In this document: piece by piece, positions 46,873 through 57,360 of the stretch
Numbering within the stretch: the stretch's first letter is position 1
How the letters are laid out: every line of letters starts with the position of its first letter
DNA from: a virus
Lineage: Duplodnaviria > Caudoviricetes
Strand: one strand, 5' to 3'
Length of the DNA stretch: 64,000 bases
IMG/VR virus record: IMGVR_UViG_3300029288_000100
Span: 1 to 64,000 of that record
Program-made: the position numbers and the translations under genes
Notes under the pieces: generated by a model
The model's database searches: none
What the model was told of the DNA's origin: nothing
Seen by the model: only the letters and a program-made list of their open reading frames with translations

Positions 46873-47105
46873 GATGGCACCTTCACCTTGAACTTGTGAC
46901 AGACCCCCTGGAGCATCATCTCCATGCGGTCCAGTCGCAGGTTGACCTCGTCCACCTGCTGGTGCAGGCGCTTGACTACCTGGGCCAGGACACGGTGCCC
47001 CTCGTCGAGCATGTCCTGGCGCTCGTCGAGTTCCTCGAGTGCAGTGTCTTTGGCGCCTCCCGGGAGAACTTTCAGCTCGGCGCTTTGCTGTTGCTTTCGG
47101 GTCAC
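46869..47105 (-). CDS. Small coiled-coil protein
   Basis: 78-aa heptad-rich ORF. Confidence 0.55.
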   Translation of the reverse strand: MTRKQQQSAELKVLPGGAKDTALEELDERQDMLDEGHRVLAQVVKRLHQQVDEVNLRLDRMEMMLQGVCHKFKVKVPS

Positions 47106-47108
47106 AGA

Positions 47109-48389
47109 TTACCCCCCTGCTCTGCAGGTGCTCGGTTGTGGTTGTCGCTTCCCCAGGTCTGCATAGATCTTCCGGCGCGTCGCCGGCCACCCCTGTTTGA
47201 GCAGCTGGCGCGCCACGGAGCGCACAGAGTCGGCCTGAGTTGATGAGAGTAGCCACGGCCGTTTGGTGCGATCGATCGCCACGCCACAGCGCACGAGGAG
47301 CCGGTCCACCGCGCCGCGTGCAACGCCCAGCTCCCGGGCTAGGTCAGACACCGCGATGCCGCCGGAGCGCCACAGGCCGAGCCGTCGTACACGCTGGGTG
47401 ACCGCGTAATTGCTCTTGCCGAGCCGGACGGCGATGTCGCGCACCAGGTGCCCACTGGGGTAGAGCTGGCGCAGCTCCGCGTCCTGCTCCGCGGTCCACC
47501 TGTTGCTCCTGGTCGGTTGCGGACGGGCGGGATCAGCGCGCGCCCATCTCCTCCGCTGCCCGCGTGTGAGTAAGCGGCGCAGGCGCGCGGCGATCGCAGT
47601 TGAGGGTCGGCCGAGTGGCGCAGCGAGTAGGCGTCCGCATTCCTCCGCGTCGGGTCGGCCTGCAGCTTCCCAGCGCTGTAGGAGCCGCGCCTCCTCCTCG
47701 GCCGTCCACCAGCGATGGATGGACCAGCTCGGGGGGATGGGCCCATCGCCCGATGGCCGCTGTGCGAGCACTCGGAGCGCCTGCTGTTCGATCTGTTGTA
47801 CTCGCTGCCGGGTGATGCCCAGCCTTCTGCCAATCGCGTCGAAAGGCATCCCACAGCGCAGGTGGAGCCGTAGAACCTCCACCTGCCTCGGGGTGAGGGC
47901 AGCCAACATGCGCCGCACCCCCTTGTCGTCCTCGTCAGCGATGAGCGCGGTGAGCAACTCGCGTCCGTCGACGCCGACCATTCGCGCAACCAGCGCGCGA
48001 TCATCCTCCTCGCCGGGTTGTGTAGTATCCAGGGACGTGGTTGAGGGTAGCGAAGCCGCCAGGTCGCGGTCGTGGGCACTCTTTTCGAGCACGTACTCAG
48101 GCACGCGGATCGTCCGACCGCAACGCTTGAGGTACCGGCCGATCATGGCGGTCACCCAGTACTTCGCGTAGGTGGTGAAGGTGTTTCCCCGTGCCGGGTC
48201 GAAGAGCTCGAGCGCGCGAATCAGACCCGTGCGACCCTCCTGGAGCAAGTCCTCCATCTCCATACCGAGGCGTCTGGCTCGAACCGCGTACCTTTTGGCC
48301 ACGTGTCGAACGAAGGCATCGTGTCGCTCGAGCACGACGGAGAGTGCAACCGTTCCGGCGCGTAGCTCGGCGATGAGGTCGGCGCTCAC
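47109..48389 (-). CDS. Sigma70-family factor with C-terminal Myb/GcrA-like HTH repeats
   Basis: EDLLQEGRTGLIRALELFDPARGNTFTTYAKYWV; RTIRVP; LTPRQVEVL..IGRRLGITRQRVQQIE; WTAEEEARL and WTAEQDAEL repeats. Confidence 0.88.
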   Translation of the reverse strand: MSADLIAELRAGTVALSVVLERHDAFVRHVAKRYAVRARRLGMEMEDLLQEGRTGLIRALELFDPARGNTFTTYAKYWVTAMIGRYLKRCGRTIRVPEYVLEKSAHDRDLAASLPSTTSLDTTQPGEEDDRALVARMVGVDGRELLTALIADEDDKGVRRMLAALTPRQVEVLRLHLRCGMPFDAIGRRLGITRQRVQQIEQQALRVLAQRPSGDGPIPPSWSIHRWWTAEEEARLLQRWEAAGRPDAEECGRLLAAPLGRPSTAIAARLRRLLTRGQRRRWARADPARPQPTRSNRWTAEQDAELRQLYPSGHLVRDIAVRLGKSNYAVTQRVRRLGLWRSGGIAVSDLARELGVARGAVDRLLVRCGVAIDRTKRPWLLSSTQADSVRSVARQLLKQGWPATRRKIYADLGKRQPQPSTCRAGG

Positions 48390-48452
48390 AGTCCGTTTCC
48401 AGTAGTTGACCGAGTGGTGAGATCACACCTCATGCGGTGCTCTCGGGTTCTG

Positions 48453-48884
48453 TCAGCTCTTGCTCTGTGGATTGGCCGGGAGGAGGTACTTTCCGAGGAG
48501 GCTCCAGAGCCCGGCGGCGCCGGCCCCCTGCACGAGCGCGGAAAGCAGAGCCTCGTGCCAGACCACCCCGGAGGCGAGCGATGTGAACAGCTGGGTCAGC
48601 AGCCCCAGCGCGACCGCGATCCACGGGATGGCTTGGGTGGGCAGCCTCCGCGCGAGGAGGGGGACGCGGTTGAGACCCCATGTTGCCAGCATCGTCAGGA
48701 ACGCGATCCCGAGGAACCACTTCCCACCCTTGAAGGCGTCGACGACTCCATCGAGGAGTGCGCCGGCATCATCGGGGTTCACCTGGACCTCGACGGTGGT
48801 TGAGGTCGGGGTCTCTGCTGGGGCGGGCGTCGCCGCACACAGGCACATCAGGACGAACATCGCTGAGACGAGCTTCTTGATCAT
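48453..48884 (-). CDS. Multi-TM membrane protein (holin candidate)
   Basis: Signal-like segment plus three TM helices, directly after tail genes. Confidence 0.6.
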   Translation of the reverse strand: MIKKLVSAMFVLMCLCAATPAPAETPTSTTVEVQVNPDDAGALLDGVVDAFKGGKWFLGIAFLTMLATWGLNRVPLLARRLPTQAIPWIAVALGLLTQLFTSLASGVVWHEALLSALVQGAGAAGLWSLLGKYLLPANPQSKS

Positions 48885-48970
48885 GGGTCACCTCACACAC
48901 CCAGTGGAGCGCGGTGTGAGCGGTGCCCGCCAAACAGAATGAACGAATTCCAGGTGGGAACAGCCGAGGA

Positions 48971-51361
48971 TCAGGACACGTTGTTGCCGCTGTTCCCGTG
49001 AACCGCCGTCTCGTCCCAGGTCGACCAGTAATCGAGGAGGAGACGGTGGTTCCCGGTTGCCGCGGTTAAGGTCTGCACCTGCGCCTCGAGACTCCAGCGG
49101 TTCGCGTCCGCAGCAAGGTTGATTGCATCCGGGATCGCGGTGGTGAGGTCGATCGAATCTGAGGCCAACTTCGTCCCGAGCCAGAATCCGACCTCCGTCG
49201 CCGTGATGAAGGCGAGGTAGAAGTTTCGGTAGTCGACGGCCCCGGCGACGCCGGTATTCACCTCGACCTCATTCGCGCCGTCCGTGCAGTAGAACCGCCA
49301 GTTCGGAGACGCCGCCGGGTCGCGCTGGAACCCGATCCTGATGTTCGTCCCCTCCACCACCAGCCCGAGGAACGCCCACTGGCTGTCGAGGCTCGCGAGC
49401 GCCGCGCGGAAAAAGGCGCGCGGGCGGTAGACCCCTGTCCGCAGCGAGACGGTGTCCGGACCGTTCAGGATCGCCTGGTCGAGGAGCCCGTCTCCAGAGA
49501 TGAGCTCGACGATCCCACCAGCCCCGGCTACATCGGGGAGGATCCGGACGTTCCCCCCAGCACCGATGCTGGTCACTGTCGCTTTGAACTGCGGAGGTGC
49601 CTGTGTCGCCAGCTGCCAGTTCTCTGCGCGGTAGTGGAAGTCATCCTCATAGAAGTGCCCGCGCGCGATCCGCCCGTAGGCGTCGAAGACGACGGGCACG
49701 AACCCGTTCGAGTCGACGACGCGCCCGACGATGCCACCCGGGATCAGCCCGTTAACGGAGGAGCCGTCGAGGTTCAAGCCGATCCCCAGGTCCTTCTCCG
49801 GGGAGACCCCGGCGTAGTCCGGCTGGAGGGTCAGCTCACGGAACTCCCCATGCCCCTTATTGTTGAACGCGCTCCCGCGCGTCACCGACCCCTTGACGCT
49901 CCCGTCGTCGTAGAACTCGGCGCTCGCCGCTGCGGCGTTCGGGAAGAACCGGTGTGCGGCTGTCCCGGCGCCCCCGACGTTGCCACCCGCGCTGCACGCC
50001 CCGCGGAGTCCCTCGCTTCTCGGTGCGGCGGCAGCAAAGCCCTCGCCCGCGCTCCACGACGCAGCGCGCAGGAAGCTCACTTCTCCCGACTCGCCAGCGG
50101 CGAACGCGGCGAGCGTGCCGTCCCGGTTCCGGAGCGTCACGGTGTCGGCGTCGTCGACCGCCCCGAGGAGGTAGAGTCCATCTGCGGAGACGGTTCCATC
50201 GACCCGGGCGAGATCACACGCGGGTGACAGCCCCGCGGCGGTGAGGTCGAGTGCCCCGCCCCGAGTGAGGTCAAGCTTCCCATCTGCCAGGGTGTCGCAG
50301 TTCTCTCGGGCGAGCAGCACGTCACCGGCTTTCGACAACGCACGCAGACCCGCGAGAGTGACGCCATCCGTCTCGCGCGCAAGGATCTCCGCGGCGATCC
50401 CGTGCGCCTCCGTCGACCCCAGCCGACTCACGCGGAGTGCGGCGCCGTCGACGTCGCCCGAGCTCGCGCCCTCAGAGGCGATCTCGACGGCCCCGGCGTC
50501 GACGAGGACTGTCCGCCCGCTCCCGCCCCCGAGGCTTCCATCGTAGGCGGTGTCGAGGGTCGGCGTCAGCCCCGAGGTCACATCCACCTGGTCCGCGCTG
50601 TTGAAGTTGGCCGGGCCGATCGCCCCGCCGGTACCCGTGAGGATGGTCAGGAAAGCGTATGCCGCTTCAGCGCGGAGATCAGTGTTGCGTCGCACCGTGA
50701 GCCCGGTCGCGGCGACCTGGTAGTCCGCGGGCGTCGTCGAGGCGGAGCCGCCCGGCTGCCCGAGGAGCCCGCTCGTGGTGATGATGTTGTGCCCATCCGA
50801 CCAGGCCACAACCAGGTCCCGCTCGATCGCGACCGCCTCCACCCCATGCCGCGGAGCTCGAAGCCAGACGGTGACCCGGCGCCCGGCATGCGAGACACCT
50901 GCCTCGAAGACGGAGTCCACATCGATCTCGAGCACACCTGCACCCTCGACGACAGAGGTGGGATCCGCGACGACTCCGATCCGGTCCTCCAGGAAGTTGT
51001 AGTGGTAGAGTCCCGTCCGGGGGTTCCGGACGACCTCATACGGGATCAGGCAGTGCTTGGCGGCGATGTAGTAGGCCACACCGAGGGCGTTCTCACACGC
51101 GATCTGCTCGGCGTCCGCCGCGGTGGGGGACATCAGGTAACCGTCCCCATCGAGCATCTCCTTGGGGAGGTTGTCGACCTTGAAGGCGTTGGCGCCGTCC
51201 CCGTCGAACTCGGCGACCCCGAAGACGCCCCTGCGGCTACCCCAGACACGGTGCGCGATCGCGAGGAGCTGGTTGCTGAGATAGTCGAGGAGGCCCGTGC
51301 TGAAGGCCTCTTGCGGCAGGTGCCGCTTATCAGCCATGTCTGTTCGCTTGTCGCCCGTCAT
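48971..51361 (-). CDS. Tail fibre / virion structural protein
   Basis: Gly/Ala/Thr-rich beta protein, TLDTAYDG...GRT motif, end of tail module; ATG 51361 with strong SD. Confidence 0.65.
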   Translation of the reverse strand: MTGDKRTDMADKRHLPQEAFSTGLLDYLSNQLLAIAHRVWGSRRGVFGVAEFDGDGANAFKVDNLPKEMLDGDGYLMSPTAADAEQIACENALGVAYYIAAKHCLIPYEVVRNPRTGLYHYNFLEDRIGVVADPTSVVEGAGVLEIDVDSVFEAGVSHAGRRVTVWLRAPRHGVEAVAIERDLVVAWSDGHNIITTSGLLGQPGGSASTTPADYQVAATGLTVRRNTDLRAEAAYAFLTILTGTGGAIGPANFNSADQVDVTSGLTPTLDTAYDGSLGGGSGRTVLVDAGAVEIASEGASSGDVDGAALRVSRLGSTEAHGIAAEILARETDGVTLAGLRALSKAGDVLLARENCDTLADGKLDLTRGGALDLTAAGLSPACDLARVDGTVSADGLYLLGAVDDADTVTLRNRDGTLAAFAAGESGEVSFLRAASWSAGEGFAAAAPRSEGLRGACSAGGNVGGAGTAAHRFFPNAAAASAEFYDDGSVKGSVTRGSAFNNKGHGEFRELTLQPDYAGVSPEKDLGIGLNLDGSSVNGLIPGGIVGRVVDSNGFVPVVFDAYGRIARGHFYEDDFHYRAENWQLATQAPPQFKATVTSIGAGGNVRILPDVAGAGGIVELISGDGLLDQAILNGPDTVSLRTGVYRPRAFFRAALASLDSQWAFLGLVVEGTNIRIGFQRDPAASPNWRFYCTDGANEVEVNTGVAGAVDYRNFYLAFITATEVGFWLGTKLASDSIDLTTAIPDAINLAADANRWSLEAQVQTLTAATGNHRLLLDYWSTWDETAVHGNSGNNVS

Positions 51362-51374
51362 CAGATCACCTCCT

Positions 51375-54300
51375 TTAGCGCGGGACCTCGGGTCCCACGC
51401 GCACGAAGTCCATGGGGTTGGGGTCGACCTGCACATAGCGGCAGGTCAGGGTCTGCCCCGCGGCGCACGCTAGCCCGACGTGTCCTGCAGCGGGTACCCC
51501 CGCGACGTCGGCTGCGAGCAGCTGGCGGCCGTCAAGCAGCGCCCTCGCTCGCGTGGACCCTGCAATCTGGATCACCTCGAGCGAGAGCACTGACTCCACC
51601 TCCAGCCGCGGTGCTGGGAGGACGACGCTCACTTCGACTGTCCGCACGCCGGCCGCGACCTTCTCGAGGGAGAGCGTTGCCGCCGACGCACCCGAGGGCG
51701 TCAGGCGGGCGGCGAGGAGGTTGCTCTCGTCCTGCACGCGCCCGCGAACCTCCCACCAGTGGTTCAGGACCAGGCTCTCTGGGGTCAGGCGCGCAGAGAC
51801 AGCGACGTCCGCCCAGAGGTGGTCTCCAGGTTCGTCGCACTCCGCCGCGGCCGCGCCCGACATCGTCAGCGTGCCCGCTTCGCGGTCCTGCACCACCGTG
51901 CCGGAGACCGCAACCCAGGTCTCTGCCCTCCGCCAGGTCTCGATGAGCAGCGGGAAGCGCAGGTAGATTCGTTCGTTCACCCGGCGCATCACCCCGCAGA
52001 TCTCAGCGACGAGCTCGCGGTCGAGCGTTCTGTCCGGGTCGGGAACAAGAACGTCGATCAAGTACTCGTCAGGGTCCAGCCCCACATGGTAGCTGCTCGG
52101 CAAGCCGGACGGTGCCGCGAGTCCGAAGTAATCGGTCAGACAGAAGTACTTCTCAGCGACGGCGTCCCAGTGGGCAAAGCTCTCTCGCGTCAGGCGCGCC
52201 TCCAGGGAGCGCACACGCACCGGGCGGTCTACACCCGGTGTCGTCCCGAGGAGGGAGGTCAGCTCAAAGCGGAGTCGGTCCGTCAGGACCTGTGCGACTA
52301 CGTCAGGTGGTGCGGAGACGCGCGAGACGGGTGCGCGAGGGAGCCACGCACTCGCCCCCGGCGTCACTGGCAAGCCGAGCTCGACCTCTCCCTCGATCCC
52401 ACGCCACCGGAACCACGGCAGCACGAGCACCTGACGTCCGAGGAATGCGCGCAAGGTGCGTTGCAGTCCGGCGTCCGTGCCGCGGGTTCTCCAAGCACGG
52501 ACAGCCAGCTTAGCGAGCGCACGGAGTTTGTCGGCGGTCAGGCGGCCCACGATCTGACTCATCGCCGTGTCGAGGCCGAGCACTGGCACGAGGTGCCGGA
52601 GCGCCTGGTCTGGGGTGAGGTCGAGGTCCTGGAGCTCGAGCAACCGGGCCGCGTTGACGTAGATCTGCTCATACTCCGCCTGTGGACCGGTGAGCCAGCG
52701 TCGGAGGAGTCCTCCCCCATCTTCTGTCTGGTCAGCGTCACGGATGCTCTGGATGAGGTACGAGTAGATGTCCTTTTCCCATGTCCCGGGGGAGATGAAC
52801 TTGATGGTGCTCGCCGCGAGGACAGTGCCCGCGAGATCAGTGATACTCATGTGTCCTCCATCGGTGAGAACCCGGAACTGGAAGGTGTTCGAGAGGACGT
52901 TCGGTGGTTCCGCGTTGTCTTCCGCGTAGCACTCGACGGTGATGTATTTCCCTTTCGGGTAGGCCGCGTCCGGCGTGACTATGTAGCGCTTTCCATTCGG
53001 GACGTCGAAGATGAGTACGGTAAACCCCGTCTGAGCTGCACCGTTCAGGACCGCGTAGGTGCCATTCAGGGCAAGGTCGACACTGCTCAGCTTCAGGCCG
53101 GAGTCCGGATCTTGGATGTCCACCACGACGGTTGGGCGCTGAGGGTTCCCGCTCGAGTCAATTACGGGGGAGATCACGGTCAGAACAGGAGCAGTCAAGT
53201 CGAGGGACGCCGGTGGAAGCTCCGCCAGCACCTGGAACGGAACCACCGAGGACAAGATGGGAGCGACTCCAGCGATACCGTTCCGCCACTGAACGGTCAG
53301 GGTACGTGCCCCCGCTGTCAGGGCCGCAGGGAAGGAGACAGTTCGATAGTCAAACTTCCCAGTGCCAGACGCACCCTCGACGAACCCGCGCACCTCATCC
53401 TGGAGAACGATTTCTTCTGGAGTACCCTGGTCGACGAGCAGTCGAAAGACCGCCGAGGAGGAGTTGCGTGCCAATCCACAGACCAGCTTCAGGATGTGGT
53501 CACCACTGATGCTGAGGTTAAACGGTACACTTGTGAGCGAGGCGTGGATATCGTGGTAGGCCAGATCGGCAGGTCCCACCGGGACTGCTGGGTATGCCTG
53601 GATTATCTCCTGCGCATCAGGGGTCCGTCTGGCGATCAGCTGAACCCAGTTATAGCTGTCCATGACCACACTGGACGTCCCACCGTTCGACTTCCACTGG
53701 AGCGTAGCAGTGTGTGCGCCAGAGCTCAGGTTGGCGAACGCGAAGGAAGTCACATACGACATCGATGGTCCATGCCCGGACGACCACCAATAGCTGAAGC
53801 ACTGGAAGAGATCGTCGTCCTCGATGACAGTCTCACCAGGGAGTCCGCGGTCGAGCACGATCCTGTACGTCCAGTAGGCACTTGATTCGATACTGACGTA
53901 CCCGGAGGTCATCAGCTGAAGCTCGTAGCGGTCCCCACGTGTCACCGTGAATGGGACCTCAGTCAGTGCCGGGTCGATGTCCTCCCAGTCAACGGTACCC
54001 AAGGACTGGGTGCCTGGAATCGCGTCCAGCATGGTGATTCGATCTGATAGGTAGCTCAGGAGCTGCCCGGTCACTGTGAAGGAGCTGGTCGTCCAGACCG
54101 CGATCGTTTTCAGTGAACGATCCCACTGAAGCGTGCAGGTGTGCCCCCCCGCCGTCAGTGTAAGAGCGAATGAGACAGTCTTGTTGCATCGGTTGGTGCA
54201 GCCGAGGGGGACGTAGAACTGCGTCCGCCCGTCCCCTCCGAGGGTCTGTTCTCCGGGAAGTCCCCTGTCGACGATGATCTTGACGTTCCCCACCGCGGCT

Positions 54301-54470
54301 TGATAGGTGCTCCCGAGGGTGAGGGTGGCGAGGATGTCGTAGGTTCCTGCTACGGTCACTGTGAAGGGAACGTCGCTCAGGTTCCCGTCGATATCCTCCC
54401 ATCCAGCCACCGCCTTGGTGTGGTTGGCTGCCGGCTGGGCGTTCAGGAGCGTTAGGTCCATACCGGACAC
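51375..54470 (-). CDS. Baseplate wedge/tail protein (P2 gpI-like domain) with three N-terminal beta repeats
   Basis: SIRDAD..LLRRWL..DLDLTPDQALRHL..WRTRGTDAGL (tail protein I pattern); repeats WEDID..L..VPF. Confidence 0.7.
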   Translation of the reverse strand: MSGMDLTLLNAQPAANHTKAVAGWEDIDGNLSDVPFTVTVAGTYDILATLTLGSTYQAAVGNVKIIVDRGLPGEQTLGGDGRTQFYVPLGCTNRCNKTVSFALTLTAGGHTCTLQWDRSLKTIAVWTTSSFTVTGQLLSYLSDRITMLDAIPGTQSLGTVDWEDIDPALTEVPFTVTRGDRYELQLMTSGYVSIESSAYWTYRIVLDRGLPGETVIEDDDLFQCFSYWWSSGHGPSMSYVTSFAFANLSSGAHTATLQWKSNGGTSSVVMDSYNWVQLIARRTPDAQEIIQAYPAVPVGPADLAYHDIHASLTSVPFNLSISGDHILKLVCGLARNSSSAVFRLLVDQGTPEEIVLQDEVRGFVEGASGTGKFDYRTVSFPAALTAGARTLTVQWRNGIAGVAPILSSVVPFQVLAELPPASLDLTAPVLTVISPVIDSSGNPQRPTVVVDIQDPDSGLKLSSVDLALNGTYAVLNGAAQTGFTVLIFDVPNGKRYIVTPDAAYPKGKYITVECYAEDNAEPPNVLSNTFQFRVLTDGGHMSITDLAGTVLAASTIKFISPGTWEKDIYSYLIQSIRDADQTEDGGGLLRRWLTGPQAEYEQIYVNAARLLELQDLDLTPDQALRHLVPVLGLDTAMSQIVGRLTADKLRALAKLAVRAWRTRGTDAGLQRTLRAFLGRQVLVLPWFRWRGIEGEVELGLPVTPGASAWLPRAPVSRVSAPPDVVAQVLTDRLRFELTSLLGTTPGVDRPVRVRSLEARLTRESFAHWDAVAEKYFCLTDYFGLAAPSGLPSSYHVGLDPDEYLIDVLVPDPDRTLDRELVAEICGVMRRVNERIYLRFPLLIETWRRAETWVAVSGTVVQDREAGTLTMSGAAAAECDEPGDHLWADVAVSARLTPESLVLNHWWEVRGRVQDESNLLAARLTPSGASAATLSLEKVAAGVRTVEVSVVLPAPRLEVESVLSLEVIQIAGSTRARALLDGRQLLAADVAGVPAAGHVGLACAAGQTLTCRYVQVDPNPMDFVRVGPEVPR

Positions 54471-54540
54471 TTTCGCGTCGGTGGGGTGATGATAACTGGA
54501 GCGGCGCCGGCGGCGTGGGCAAGCTCACAGTGGGTGATGC

Positions 54541-54771
54541 TCATGCTCCCTCCACTCTGAGTCGATAGGTGTGCCACTCCTGCTGGCGCGTCGTCGTCAC
54601 GAGGACCGTATCGGCGGTGAGCCGTCGCACCCGCACCGCCCGCAGGTCGTCTGAGAAGACGTAGCGACTGGGGTCGCAGAGGTCCTGGTTGAGAAGCATC
54701 GCGGTGGAAAAGGTCACTCGCACAGTGTGCTCGTCGAGTGACTCGGCGACTAGCACTGTCGGTTCAGTCAT
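54541..54771 (-). CDS. Small Ig-like structural protein
   Basis: TVRVTFS..DPSRY..VLVTT..Q....YRLRV. Confidence 0.55.
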   Translation of the reverse strand: MTEPTVLVAESLDEHTVRVTFSTAMLLNQDLCDPSRYVFSDDLRAVRVRRLTADTVLVTTTRQQEWHTYRLRVEGA

Positions 54772-54813
54772 TGAGTGCAGATCTCCATAAGCATCCCACC
54801 CTGCAAACTGCTC

Positions 54814-57297
54814 CTAGCTCGGTGCACGGAGCTGCACGACGAGCGCGCTTGCGTCGAGGAACGGCAGCTCCTCCTCGGTCAGGTCGAGATCCACAGTCGG
54901 TGAGAGCACGTCGACGTCGAAGACGTTCCCCGGGGATAACCCGAACACCTCAGCAGCGATCCGGGAGAGTGCTACGCGCCCCCCGAAGCGCCACACCCAC
55001 GCAGTCCCCGTGCTCGTGCGCGCTGTGGGCGACAGGAACGTCGCGAGTGCCTGCCGAACCGCGGCCTCGGTGAGCGCGGAAGTGCACTCGATCGAGACGG
55101 TGGGGGTCAGCACGCGGGGTGTGAAATTGACGACAGTCACCTCTACGTTGGTCGCGCCGACGCCCGCCTCCCCGGTGTCTGGGTCCCCGTTGAAGTAGCG
55201 CTCGAGCTCGTCCTTCAGCTCCGCGGAGATCCCGACGCCGCGCGTCCCGACCACAATCAGCTTGATCGTCTTCGGTCCGAAGCCCTCCTCCACCGCCTTC
55301 GCGCGAACCACGGGTCGCGTGCCCGCCGAGGAGCGCCACGCAATCGCGAGCGCTTCGTAGTCCTCCGGGGCGCAGGCCCTCCGCTGCGCCCGCAGGAGTG
55401 CGGGGGCGAGCTCCTTGGCGCGCGTGAGCGCCTGCTCACTGGCTCCGTCAGCCTCGCGCCACCCAGACGCTGCGCGCGGGTTGGTCACGGACTTCACGAG
55501 GGCGGGGCCGTCGGAGTTCACGACGACTGTTCCTGCGCCGACGTTTCCGTCTTGGTTCGCGTCGACCCGATACGTGAAGCGGAGGTTGTCGATCCCGAGC
55601 GGGGGGACCCTCCCCCGTGTTCCGTCGCCGAACCGTACCGTCAGGTTGCCCTCAGCGTCCTGCCGGACCTCGAAGACTCGGTCACGCGGGCCCGCGGCCG
55701 CGAGCAGCTCTCCGCTCTGGGTCAGGTTTTCCCACTCCACATCCCCTCCGCCCTCGTCCACGTAGACCCGCACGCTGTCGCGCAGCCCCGGGGCTGTGGC
55801 GAGAGGGAACTCCTGCGCCGGCAGCCCGGACGATGACGCTGGTGGTTCAGCAGTCACGCTCCGCCCCTGGGTCCCCTCGAGGAGCACGAACTGCCGTCCA
55901 CCGTCGATCTTCAGGCGGTCGATCACTGGGCCCGTTGCCACTGGCAGGAGCGCCGTGACCCGGAAGCGGACGAACCACCCCTCCACGCCGCCGATCGCGA
56001 CCTTGGACCAGTTGCGGCGGAGGTTCTGTGGCACGGGCTCCAGCGGGTCCCCGTCCGGTGTCAGCGTGTTGAAGGAGACGTCGCCGTCGACAGTGAGGTT
56101 GCTCGTTCCGTCGACCTGACCCGGGATCACGTTCCAGTCGCACCCGACCGCGTAGTCCTCCGGGCGGGTCGAGGGAGACCCGCTCTGCCCGAGGTAGGTC
56201 GCCGAGTCGACGACGTTCTTGCCGCCTGACCAGGTGCTCTCACGGAGCTCACAGGTGCCGGTCGGCAGGTGCGTGACCCTCACCAGCGCGCCCCGCACGT
56301 CGACGGAACCGAGGAGCGTCGTCAGCTCGAACCGGAGCGAGCCGCCGCTGTCCGTCACCGCGTCAGGCGCTTCGTCAGAGCGCTCAGGGTCGAAGTACTC
56401 CCAGACGCCGGTCACGCCGACTGCTGGGGTCTCGAGCTCCACGCGGAGCCTCTCGAACAGGATGTGCGCCGAGCCAACGTAGAGCTTGTCCCCCACGTGC
56501 GGCGCGCTCCATGGCGTCCAGCTCGGGGCGCCGTCTGCGTTCACCTCGGTCGCGCCGTTCGCGGTCCGCGCGCGGATGCGCCACGAGAGCCCGGCCTCCG
56601 CGACGAATAGCGGAGCTTCGCCCCCCATGACTCCGGTCAGGCGCACCCGGGATACCGGCCCGGCCTGGACGATTTCCGCAATCGAGAAGACGTCGGCGTT
56701 CCCGAGGTCCGAGTCGAGCAGGTCGAGGAGCTTGCCCACGTCCGCGGTCGCCGCCGCCATCGTCACGGACTGGAGCAGCGTCGGGTCATCCGCCAGTGTC
56801 GCGCCGTCAACCCCGCTCCGATCAAGCTCCTCGCCGAACGCCGCGTCCACGACGTTCGCTGGGCCCACGTACCTCTCGTCGAGGACCTCGAAGGGGACCG
56901 CGTCAGACTCCTCCGTCCGGCGTGTCTCAAACAGCGTGGCCGCGGGGAGGAGCTGGACCGAGGTGGTCGGGACCTGTGCGAGCTCGAGCAGCAGGGAGAC
57001 CGTCGCGGGCGAGTAGTCAGCGAGGTCCAGGTCCACGTGTCGGAGGATGGCGCGCACTGACTCCGGTAGCTTCGCCGTCTCCCAGAGGTTCTCGCACGCG
57101 GCGAGGTCAGTTAGCGCGTTGCAGTAGTGCCCGACGAGCGCGAAGGTTCGTTCGAGCTGGATGAACGGCTCCTCGGCCTCCTCGGCGGTGATCTCCGGTG
57201 CCGCTGTTCGGTTGTAGCTCCGAATCCGGCGCAGCAGGTCCGCATAGTAGAAGCCTGAGAAGTCATATGAGGGGACCACGATCTTGCTGGCGCTCAT
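54814..57297 (-). CDS. Baseplate J-like assembly protein
   Basis: TAKLPESV, SSGLPAQEF, VRFGDGTRGRVPP, GNVGAG, VTNPRAASG, RACAPEDYE. Confidence 0.88.
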   Translation of the reverse strand: MSASKIVVPSYDFSGFYYADLLRRIRSYNRTAAPEITAEEAEEPFIQLERTFALVGHYCNALTDLAACENLWETAKLPESVRAILRHVDLDLADYSPATVSLLLELAQVPTTSVQLLPAATLFETRRTEESDAVPFEVLDERYVGPANVVDAAFGEELDRSGVDGATLADDPTLLQSVTMAAATADVGKLLDLLDSDLGNADVFSIAEIVQAGPVSRVRLTGVMGGEAPLFVAEAGLSWRIRARTANGATEVNADGAPSWTPWSAPHVGDKLYVGSAHILFERLRVELETPAVGVTGVWEYFDPERSDEAPDAVTDSGGSLRFELTTLLGSVDVRGALVRVTHLPTGTCELRESTWSGGKNVVDSATYLGQSGSPSTRPEDYAVGCDWNVIPGQVDGTSNLTVDGDVSFNTLTPDGDPLEPVPQNLRRNWSKVAIGGVEGWFVRFRVTALLPVATGPVIDRLKIDGGRQFVLLEGTQGRSVTAEPPASSSGLPAQEFPLATAPGLRDSVRVYVDEGGGDVEWENLTQSGELLAAAGPRDRVFEVRQDAEGNLTVRFGDGTRGRVPPLGIDNLRFTYRVDANQDGNVGAGTVVVNSDGPALVKSVTNPRAASGWREADGASEQALTRAKELAPALLRAQRRACAPEDYEALAIAWRSSAGTRPVVRAKAVEEGFGPKTIKLIVVGTRGVGISAELKDELERYFNGDPDTGEAGVGATNVEVTVVNFTPRVLTPTVSIECTSALTEAAVRQALATFLSPTARTSTGTAWVWRFGGRVALSRIAAEVFGLSPGNVFDVDVLSPTVDLDLTEEELPFLDASALVVQLRAPS

Positions 57298-57360
57298 CGT
57301 TCCCTGTCTCCGTTCGAGGACGTGTCGAGTCTATCCGCGACGACGAGTTGCGCCGCGCGC

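Noticed and set aside
48971-54470. Diversity-generating retroelement or invertible tail-fibre cassette
   Set aside because: No reverse transcriptase, template/variable repeat pair or flanking inverted repeats were seen, and the serine recombinase is 11 kb away
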